Positions 50,573 to 57,774 of a DNA stretch of 57,774 bases are shown here, piece by piece (the stretch's first letter is position 1; each line of letters begins with the position of its first letter). A model generated the notes under the pieces. That model was not told the DNA's origin. It ran no database searches and worked only from the letters and a program-made list of their open reading frames with translations. The translations under genes and the position numbers were made by a program. The DNA is from Ferruginibacter sp. (GTDB taxonomy: Bacteria > Bacteroidota > Bacteroidia > Chitinophagales > Chitinophagaceae). The stretch lies in assembly GCA_031422055.1 (NCBI GenBank), contig JANOPU010000073.1:1-57774 (forward strand), written 5' to 3'.

Positions 50573-50586
50573 GTTACTTTGGTTAC
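50573..50586. promoter_or_regulatory. Candidate regulator box upstream of tauE
   Basis: GTTAC-N4-GTTAC, starting 30 bp from the CAAA of the -7 element (50543). Confidence 0.5.
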
Positions 50587-50680
50587 ATTCAAAATAATAA
50601 TCAAAAATAATAATACTACTATAACAATACCTGGCGAAGTAATCAGGTAAATTATCTGTAACCTGAAAGTTCAAGTAGTG

Positions 50681-50752
50681 TGGCCTCGCCAGGAATCGAA
50701 CCTGGGTCTGGAGCTTCGGAAACTCTTATACTATCCATTGTACTACGAGGCC
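50681..50752 (-). tRNA. tRNA-Arg (anticodon CCG)
   Basis: GGCCTCG acceptor stem pairs with CGAGGCC-A; anticodon loop TTCCGAA; T-arm CCAGG-TTCGATT-CCTGG; CCA not encoded. Confidence 0.93.
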
Positions 50753-50768
50753 AATAATCTTATAACTT

Positions 50769-50833
50769 AACTCTTTATACTATCCCCGTCCGAACGGTGT
50801 TCAGCCGGGCGGGCATTGTACTACGAGGCCAAT
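50769..50833 (-). pseudogene. Duplicated 5' half of tRNA-Arg interrupted by a 29-bp palindrome
   Basis: aactctttatactatc[cccgtccgaacggtgttcagccgggcggg]cattgtactacgaggccaat versus the intact aactcttatactatccattgtactacgaggccaat (50721-50755). Confidence 0.85.
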
Positions 50834-50954
50834 TAGAAAGATGCTGGATTACGGATATAAGCACTTTACTATTATATAGATCTAATTTGTATACTGGTAA
50901 TGATTAATTGAAACAACATATAATGACAGACCAATTATACCAGTAAACCAACCA

Positions 50955-51545
50955 CTACTTCCCAAATCCCTGGATATTGGTGCCAAATATCTTAACCGCA
51001 ATTGCCAGCAATATTACACCGAAAAATTTTCTTATAACGATCATGCCATTGGGACCTAGCATTCTTTCTATCCAACTCAATGATTTAAGTACCAAAAAAA
51101 TAAATACGCAGTTTATCAAAATGCCAATAAGAATATTTGCATCATTATAATTGGCCTTTAAACTCATAATGGTTGTTAACGTACCAGATCCGGCTATCAG
51201 AGGAAATGCAACCGGAACAACACTACCGCTTTTAGGATCGCTATCGGGCTTAAAAAATTCCATCCCCAATACCATTTCTAATCCAATAATAAAGATCACT
51301 ATGCTTCCTGCTACTGCAAATGATTTTACATCTAAACCCAGAACATTCAAGAATTGCTGACCTATCAATAAAAATAAGATCATCAATCCGCCAGAAGCAA
51401 GTGTAGCCTGGCCCGACCTTATTTTGCCTCCCATTTTTATACGCAAAGATGCCAGCACCGGGATATTCCCGATCATATCTATGATAGCAAAAAGAGTAAA
51501 AGTTATTGTAATTATTTCCTTTATTGATATGCCTTCGAAATTCAT
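50955..51545 (-). CDS. MarC family membrane protein
   Basis: LFAIID.IG.IP, SFAVAG, VP.AFPLIAG.G.LT and FG.ILLAIAV motifs. Confidence 0.9.
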   Translation of the reverse strand: MNFEGISIKEIITITFTLFAIIDMIGNIPVLASLRIKMGGKIRSGQATLASGGLMILFLLIGQQFLNVLGLDVKSFAVAGSIVIFIIGLEMVLGMEFFKPDSDPKSGSVVPVAFPLIAGSGTLTTIMSLKANYNDANILIGILINCVFIFLVLKSLSWIERMLGPNGMIVIRKFFGVILLAIAVKIFGTNIQGFGK

Positions 51546-51630
51546 ACATTCAATTTATGCAAATATAAACGTATGAAAGGATGCTTAAAAATGAAATATA
51601 ATTATTTCCATTTTATTCGGATGACGGAAT

Positions 51631-51834
51631 TTAGTTATTCTCTACAATGCCTGATAATAATTTTAATTCCTTTAAACACTTAATGCACAGGCAATCATTG
51701 TATTGCTTTTCAATAAATAAAGATTCCGCGTCAGACAATTGCACATCGTTACATTGGCATTGTGTGATGCTTCCTGCCTTACACTCAAAGACTATTCTAC
51801 AACGGGGACATTGCTTTTCTTCATGTTTGCACAT
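51631..51834 (-). CDS. Cysteine-rich CWC family small protein
   Basis: CPRC...FEC......CQC...YNDCLCIKCL; downstream of btuB. Confidence 0.8.
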   Translation of the reverse strand: MCKHEEKQCPRCRIVFECKAGSITQCQCNDVQLSDAESLFIEKQYNDCLCIKCLKELKLLSGIVENN

Positions 51835-51847
51835 AAGCAGATAATTG

Positions 51848-52028
51848 AACCGGGAAATAAAAAGGATCTTTTCAATTTCCCGGTTACTAATGAATTACCT
51901 CCTCAGCAAGCTGCAAGGTATCTAAAAACAAATTGCCGCAGATTCGCAGATTAGATTTTTTTGGTTGTATTAAATCTGTGAATCTGTGGCAATAAATATT
52001 TAATTCATTCCGCAACAAAGCTGCAAGG
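51848..52028. repeat. Cluster of intergenic repeats
   Basis: IR aaccgggaaat/atttcccggtt (51848-51885); 21-bp IR attgccgcagattcgcagatt/aatctgtgaatctgtggcaat (51932-51993); direct repeat aagctgcaagg (51908 and 52018). Confidence 0.7.
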
Positions 52029-52051
52029 AATTCTTTTTATTAAATAGTGTA

Positions 52052-53992
52052 CTAAAATTTCAACATAACTCCCGCCATAAAATTAAAGCGCCTGCTGTTA
52101 TATCCTCTTACTTCAAAATATTTTTCATCCGTAATATTCTTCAGGTCGGCATACAATTTAATGTTTTTTGTTACTACATAAGATGAATAAAGATTCCAGG
52201 TATAATATGCCGGCATTTCTATTGGTGCAGACGCATAAACCGCCTCGGCTCTTTTACTTATACTTTGAATACCAGTATTTATGATCCAGCCTTTAAGTAT
52301 CTCCAGATTAATATTTAAATTAATGGCTTGCCTGGGTCTGCGGTATAAATTAAAATAAGAGGTGTCTTTATTATTCTCATTAGTCTCAATATAGCCATCC
52401 ATGTTCGTATAATTGGCATTGAGCTGGATCTTACCAAAATCTATCATTGCTTCCAGTTCAATTCCTTTTACTTTTTGTTTATTGGCATTAATGTAATAGC
52501 TTTCATAGTTGGGTGGGCCGGCACTGAAGAATTCAATATTATCATTAACATCCCTGATAAAATATACAGCCCGAAGATTTACTTTTTCTTTTTTGTATTG
52601 AATACCGCCTTCATAACTGATAGATCTTTCAGGTTTAAGTTCGTTTATAGGGTTGCGATATTCAGAATAAACCTGGTACAATGAAGGTGCTTTGAATCCC
52701 GATGTAATGTTGGCAAATAATTTGATCTTTTTATTAAGATTATAAGACGGGTTAAAAGAAAAAGTAAATACATCTCCGTACTTATTAAAATTATTATACC
52801 GGCCACCTAACTCCAGGTTAAACCCTGCTATATCTTTCACCACAACTGAAGCATATACTCCAAACTGTTTAACTTTAGCACTATCACCCAATGCAGTTTT
52901 GAAAGGACCAAAGCTACTAAGTGACAAATAACTCTGATCGGTTGATTGTTGGCGATAATCTGTACCAACCAAAATATCAATATTTTTAGTTACAAATAAA
53001 TTACTGTACAGTTCCATAAAATGAGCCTTACCATTATAATTCCCCTGACTGAAATAAGAAAAAGCATTTTGGGGTACAGAGACAGAATCATCTAAGTATA
53101 TTCGTTCGGTTTGGTTGAAACTATAATTAAAATGTATCATACTTTTACCTAAAGTATAATCTATTCCAGCGCCTGCTAAAATATTTTTTGTGGTAAATGT
53201 ATAGTCAGCATCATCTGTAAACTGTCCGGCATCAGAATCAGCATTATAATGACTGTATTGTGCGTTTAACCGTACCAGTAAATTATTAGTAATTTTTTGA
53301 TCGATGTTTGCCCTGATAACATTTTCATTAAACGCATCTTTATCAAAATTACCAATCCCATTTTCATCATATGCTGAAGAAAACCCTTTATTGAATAATT
53401 TACTGTATTGAATACTATAATTGGTTTTATTCAAAGTACCATTGATACCGATTGATCCTTTAAAATTATTATAAGTACCGGCAGCAAGATTAGCTGTTAC
53501 TGAAAATTTTTGAGGTCCGCCTTTTTTAGTAATTACATTAATGACTCCTGCTATGGCATCGCTGCCATATAAAGTTGATTGACTCCCTTTCAATATCTCC
53601 ACCCTTTCAACCTGGTCAATTGAAATGAAATTCAGGTCAAAGGCACCACTGATTCCTGATACATCATACAAAGGAATTCCATCAATCAATATCAGTGTTT
53701 TGCCTGCACTGGCTCCCCGCATATACACATCCTGGTTTGTTCCCAGCGTATTTCCACTTCCGGTAACTGTAAAACCTGCCTGTGTGTGAAGCACCTCCGT
53801 TAACGTTTTACCAGCATTTCTTTCAAGTTCCTGTTGAGAAATTACCGTAAGGACTTTTCCCGTAAGTGATTGTTTGATTGGAAATTTTGTAGCGGTAACC
53901 ACTACTTCATCTAATTGTTTGGTACTGTCTTGTTGTGCGTACGCTTGACTGCTGATAATAATAGCAGTCAGCATAAAAAATTTCTTTTTCAT
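52052..53992 (-). CDS. btuB: TonB-dependent cobalamin receptor
   Basis: LDEVVVTA TonB box, ILIDGIP, ERVEILKGSQSTLYGSDAIAGVINVIT plug motif, C-terminal Phe; cobalamin riboswitch upstream. Confidence 0.88.
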   Translation of the reverse strand: MKKKFFMLTAIIISSQAYAQQDSTKQLDEVVVTATKFPIKQSLTGKVLTVISQQELERNAGKTLTEVLHTQAGFTVTGSGNTLGTNQDVYMRGASAGKTLILIDGIPLYDVSGISGAFDLNFISIDQVERVEILKGSQSTLYGSDAIAGVINVITKKGGPQKFSVTANLAAGTYNNFKGSIGINGTLNKTNYSIQYSKLFNKGFSSAYDENGIGNFDKDAFNENVIRANIDQKITNNLLVRLNAQYSHYNADSDAGQFTDDADYTFTTKNILAGAGIDYTLGKSMIHFNYSFNQTERIYLDDSVSVPQNAFSYFSQGNYNGKAHFMELYSNLFVTKNIDILVGTDYRQQSTDQSYLSLSSFGPFKTALGDSAKVKQFGVYASVVVKDIAGFNLELGGRYNNFNKYGDVFTFSFNPSYNLNKKIKLFANITSGFKAPSLYQVYSEYRNPINELKPERSISYEGGIQYKKEKVNLRAVYFIRDVNDNIEFFSAGPPNYESYYINANKQKVKGIELEAMIDFGKIQLNANYTNMDGYIETNENNKDTSYFNLYRRPRQAINLNINLEILKGWIINTGIQSISKRAEAVYASAPIEMPAYYTWNLYSSYVVTKNIKLYADLKNITDEKYFEVRGYNSRRFNFMAGVMLKF

Positions 53993-54129
53993 TTTTTGAA
54001 AATTTTTTTTGTGACTGCTTTCGTGGAAAATTGTAACTGTTGTAAACAGCAGTTACGGTGAAATATAAATGCCAATATAGCTTTTACATTCCTGCCTTTC
54101 GTCCCGAAAGCTTTGAATGATGTTAAGTA

Positions 54130-54325
54130 AACCTGGCAGGTCTTCTGGCTAGAGCGTTCACTTCACCTTCCCGTTATATTGCAACAGTGGTGTGAGAGAA
54201 GTTGCCTTTCTTTTCCTCCCTGATTGAGGGAAGTTGAGAAGAGCCGCTTTTACAGCTACGGGGATAGCGCCGGAATTTCACCGAACTTCCCTTTTAATTC
54301 CGAACATTCGGAAACCAAATTCGTT
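54130..54325 (-). ncRNA. Cobalamin riboswitch (boundaries approximate)
   Basis: Minus strand: aaaagggaa-gttcggtg-aaat-tccggcgct-atcccgtagctgtaa ... ccactg ... gggaagg ... agccagaagacctgcc (B12 box). Confidence 0.92.
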
Positions 54326-54467
54326 GCAAATGTATAAAGAATGGATTTGAATTTGCAAAAAATATTCATGGCTTAGAAACTATAGTTCAGGTTACCAAAG
54401 TTGTCAATCGTACTGTCCTCTGCCGTTGTTGGTCGCCTGACCAACAATATTAATTTGTGGAAAACAT

Positions 54468-54494
54468 AAAAGCCACCGATAAATAGTGGCTTTT
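54468..54494 (-). terminator. Intrinsic terminator
   Basis: aaaagccac-N9-gtggctttt, 30 bp after the stop of 54524..54910. Confidence 0.7.
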
Positions 54495-54523
54495 AAGAAA
54501 TATTTCTTTGTAATTATTTTATG

Positions 54524-54910
54524 TTACTCTCTGCACTTCTCTACAATTTTGTGAAAAATGTCATGTGCATCAGTGATCAGGACATTTAATTCGTCATCTA
54601 TGGATTTTTCCTTTACTGCAGCAGCTATAACAGAACATTTTTTTACCAGTTCATCAAGGGTAGTTTTAGTTAGTTCTGGTTTATAACCGGCTGGAATTTT
54701 AGATGACTGCCATGTTTTTGCAGCAATCAACATACTGTCAGCATTTTCACGCAAAGGTTTAAAATTTCCTTCTTCGGTAGGATGAAAAGAACTACTCATA
54801 AAAGAATGAAATTTTTTCATTTCAGGCCATGCCGTTTTGCTGCTCTGTGCAAAGCTCATAACGGGTAGCATTGCCAGGATGATAACAGCTAATCTTACAA
54901 TTGATTTCAT
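54524..54910 (-). CDS. Hypothetical exported helical protein
   Basis: Signal peptide ending SFA; W.EM..FH..M...FHP and HDIFHKIVEKC motifs. Confidence 0.7.
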   Translation of the reverse strand: MKSIVRLAVIILAMLPVMSFAQSSKTAWPEMKKFHSFMSSSFHPTEEGNFKPLRENADSMLIAAKTWQSSKIPAGYKPELTKTTLDELVKKCSVIAAAVKEKSIDDELNVLITDAHDIFHKIVEKCRE

Positions 54911-55013
54911 ATATTAATTTTTGCCAAAAGTAAACAATTATTCCTTTTTTATTAAATTCTTTTTAGCCGTATTTGCAACTTTTAAAGATCTAAAATAACT
55001 GTATCTTCAAAAA

Positions 55014-56348
55014 ATGGCTTCAAAATCAAAGTTGAACCTCTTCGACTTTACCATGATAATGGTAAGTTTTGTAATCGGAATGGGAATTTTCCGCACTCCG
55101 GTTAATGTTGCTGCTGCATCACCCACACCTGTAATCTTTTACGCTGCATGGATCTCGGGTGGATTGATTGCATTATGCGGCGCACTCACTTATGCTGAGA
55201 TTGGCAGCCGTTTCCCTGTTACCGGCGGATATTATAAAATATTCTCTTCTGCTTATCATCCATCCATCGCATTTGCTGTAAACTGTATTATTCTGATTTC
55301 CAATGCAGCATCCCTGGCCGGAGTTGCATTAATTGGTGCAGAATATATTATCAAAGTGGTCATGCCGGATGCTGCAAATACCCAGAATGTTCAGATCATG
55401 ATTGCCATTAGTTCTATATTACTCTTTTACAGCATAAATCTTTTAGGACTAAAAATGAGCGCCCGCACACAAAATGTATTAACGATTATCAAGATCAGCA
55501 TGATATTGTTGCTTATATCACCGCTTTTTTTTGCTGACATTCATCATGCAGCCTCTGTTACCGCTGCTACTATTGATCCAACATTAAAGGAATATATTAA
55601 AGCATTTGGAATTGGACTGGTAGCTGTTTCTTTTACTTATGGCGGATACCAGCAATCCATCAATTTTGGTGAAGAAGTTAAGGAGCCGGCCAAAAATATT
55701 CCCCGCGGGATATTCATAGGTATGTTTATCATTATATTATTATACCTCACTATCAATTACGCCTATATTAATATCATCGGATTTGAAAATCTGAAACATG
55801 CTACAGGTATTGCTGCATTAATGGCAAGCCACGTCTTTGGTACTGCTGCAGGAAATATTTTATCGGTATTTCTTTTTCTATCCGTACTTGCCTATGTAAA
55901 TGTATTATTGATGAGTAATCCCAGAGTTATGCAGGCCATGAGTGAAGAAGGAGTTTTACCAAAAAAATTCGGACAAAGAACTGTAAAAACAGAAGTATTA
56001 CTTACTTCACTCAGTGTATTTGCATCTATGTGTGCACTGATCGTTTTTTGGGCAAAAACGTTTGATGAGATATTAAGTTTCACCATTTTCCTCGATTGCT
56101 TTGGAATGGTTTTATCGGCTGCCACTATTTTTATCTTGCGAAAACGAACAGCTCACCTTGATGGTACGGGCATTTATAAAATGAAACTGTATCCGCTAAT
56201 GCCAGTATTATTCATAGCGGCATATGTTTTTGTAGCGATCAGTATATTCATTGATAAACCCGACACAGCCATAACAGGACTGGGTATATTGGGTGCATTC
56301 ATTGCTTTATATTTTATTGTAAAAGGGTTTACAAAAAATAAGGGTTAA
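55014..56348 (+). CDS. APC family amino acid permease
   Basis: VIGMGIF.TP, GAL.YAE.G.RFP.TGG.Y, F.YGGY....NFGEE; about 12 TM helices. Confidence 0.9.
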   Translation: MASKSKLNLFDFTMIMVSFVIGMGIFRTPVNVAAASPTPVIFYAAWISGGLIALCGALTYAEIGSRFPVTGGYYKIFSSAYHPSIAFAVNCIILISNAASLAGVALIGAEYIIKVVMPDAANTQNVQIMIAISSILLFYSINLLGLKMSARTQNVLTIIKISMILLLISPLFFADIHHAASVTAATIDPTLKEYIKAFGIGLVAVSFTYGGYQQSINFGEEVKEPAKNIPRGIFIGMFIIILLYLTINYAYINIIGFENLKHATGIAALMASHVFGTAAGNILSVFLFLSVLAYVNVLLMSNPRVMQAMSEEGVLPKKFGQRTVKTEVLLTSLSVFASMCALIVFWAKTFDEILSFTIFLDCFGMVLSAATIFILRKRTAHLDGTGIYKMKLYPLMPVLFIAAYVFVAISIFIDKPDTAITGLGILGAFIALYFIVKGFTKNKG

Positions 56349-56394
56349 AATTTTTGAAATACTCCGGTTTGCAGGCCGGAGATAAAAAATAAAA

Positions 56395-57576
56395 ATGGAT
56401 ATCTCTTACATCATCAATGAACTGGCGGAAGATCGTAAAGATTATTTTAATGCCATTGCCCCTCCCATCATTCAAACCAGTAATTTTTCATTTAAAACAG
56501 TTGATGCCATGCGTCATGCACTGGCAGATGAATATTCAACCTTTCTTTACAGCAGGGGGAATAATCCCACAGTTGATATCCTTTGTAAAAAATTAGCTGC
56601 TTTGGATGGCGCTGAAGATTGCCTTGTCTTTAATAGTGGAGCCGCTGCCATATTTGCATCTGTATTAGCCAATGTAAAAGCGGGTGATCATATAGTTAGT
56701 GTTGACAAACCGTATACCTGGGCACAAAAAATGTTCAATGATATCTTACCAAGGTTTGGAATTACAACTACATATGTTGATGGCCGTTATATTGAAAATT
56801 TTGAACGGGCCATTTTACCAAATACTACAGTGATATACCTGGAAAGCCCCAATAGCTGGGATTATGCTTTACAGGACCTCAAAGCCGTTGCTGAACTGGC
56901 ACGTGCTGAAAACCTGCCTGGCCGGCAGGCAGGTATTATTACAATTTGCGACAACAGTTATTGCACCCCCATTTATCAACGGCCATTTGAATTTGGAATT
57001 GATATAGTGATACAATCAGCCACAAAATATATCAGCGGCCATAGTGATACAATTGCCGGTGTACTCAGCGGCAGTAAACAAATGATCGAACGTATCTTCA
57101 AAAGTGAATACATGAATATCGGCAGTGGTATTCAACCATTCAATGCATGGTTACTGATCAGGGGATTAAGAACATTACCTGTAAGACTGGAACATATCAG
57201 CAAGTCAACAAAAAAAATAGTTGAGTTTTTAAAGCAGCATCCAAAAGTAGAAGAAGTGATCTTCCCTTTTGATGAAAGCTTTTCTCAATTTGAATTAGCG
57301 AAGCAACAAATGACTGGCGCATGTGGTTTACTCACTTTTATTATTAACGCTAATAGCTGTCGCCAGATTGAGATTTTTTGTGAAAAACTACAGCATATAT
57401 TAATGGCTGTAAGCTGGGGTGGACATGAAAGTCTTATTATTCCAAAAATTATAAGCATAAAACCAGAAGAATTTGACCCTGCCAATAAAGACCACCGGAT
57501 GCTTCGAATGTATGTTGGCCTTGAAGATCCTGTTTACCTGATCAATGACCTCGAACAGGCATTTTCAGTCTTATAA
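56395..57576 (+). CDS. PLP-dependent Cys/Met metabolism enzyme (cystathionine gamma-synthase/lyase family)
   Basis: YSRGNNPT, FNSGAAA, LESPN, DNSY, SATKYISGHSD (PLP Lys), SWGGHESL. Confidence 0.92.
   Translation: MDISYIINELAEDRKDYFNAIAPPIIQTSNFSFKTVDAMRHALADEYSTFLYSRGNNPTVDILCKKLAALDGAEDCLVFNSGAAAIFASVLANVKAGDHIVSVDKPYTWAQKMFNDILPRFGITTTYVDGRYIENFERAILPNTTVIYLESPNSWDYALQDLKAVAELARAENLPGRQAGIITICDNSYCTPIYQRPFEFGIDIVIQSATKYISGHSDTIAGVLSGSKQMIERIFKSEYMNIGSGIQPFNAWLLIRGLRTLPVRLEHISKSTKKIVEFLKQHPKVEEVIFPFDESFSQFELAKQQMTGACGLLTFIINANSCRQIEIFCEKLQHILMAVSWGGHESLIIPKIISIKPEEFDPANKDHRMLRMYVGLEDPVYLINDLEQAFSVL
56913..56933. repeat. 21-bp GC-rich palindrome in-frame within the PLP enzyme gene
   Basis: cctgcctggccggcaggcagg; reads N-LPGRQAG-I. 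Confidence 0.8.
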
Positions 57577-57672
57577 AAGATTGTTATGCAATTCTATATC
57601 AAAAACGGCCGTTAATTACCGTTTATAAAATTGAACCTCCTTTATTACATCAGGAAATTATATTTTTGCGCT

Positions 57673-57774
57673 ATGCTTAAATCAATGTGTACTGCTTTAC
57701 TATTCTGCTTAATATGCCAGGGTATTAACGCTCAGCAGAAATGGGATCTGAAATCTGTTGTTGAGTATGCTATG
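57673..57774 (+). CDS. Probable TolC family protein, N-terminus only
   Basis: MLKSMCTALLFCLICQGINAQQKWDLKSVVEYAM...; signal peptide plus W.L...VEYA; TATTTTTG -7 element just upstream. Confidence 0.6.
   Translation, partial: MLKSMCTALLFCLICQGINAQQKWDLKSVVEYAM

Noticed and set aside
41100-50752. Sulfur cluster as a tRNA-integrated genomic island
   Set aside because: It abuts the tRNA 3' end, but I found no copy of that 3' end at the far side and no integrase
108-57485. Many 60-180 aa ORFs antisense to or overlapping the called genes
   Set aside because: Shadow ORFs of well-supported genes, with no motifs of their own
1-57774. CRISPR array, cas genes, integrase, transposase or prophage genes
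   Set aside because: No regularly spaced repeat-spacer array seen, and no ORF with recognisable motifs of these families

Overview
AT-rich bacterial chromosome segment. The gene content (T9SS-type cargo, pheS without pheT, serC-DUF1015) and recurring TAnnTTTG-type -7 promoters point to Bacteroidota, probably Chitinophagaceae (inference). It carries about 45 CDS: housekeeping genes, an arsR-arsM-arsC operon, a TetR/TolC/MFP/RND efflux operon, two two-component systems, a cobalamin-riboswitch-controlled btuB and tRNA-Arg(CCG). Two things stand out. (1) A co-directional 9.4-kb sulfur cluster: tauE, CstB-like persulfide dioxygenase/rhodanese, an unknown secreted protein, a usp pseudogene, a split yeeE pair, membrane-anchored tsdA, a Tat-exported SoxB-like hydrolase with an altered metal site, and a Crp/Fnr gene. 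No soxYZ/AX/CD or sqr is in the window, and two cluster promoters share a positionally conserved box. (2) A layered landscape of tiny non-autonomous elements: two copies of a MITE with IS982-like ends and 5-bp target duplications, plus 21-32-bp GC-rich palindromes. These palindromes appear as clean inserts in one MITE copy, in a duplicated tRNA 5' half, and in-frame in an enzyme gene. All protein calls are from motif recognition by eye; no searches were run.
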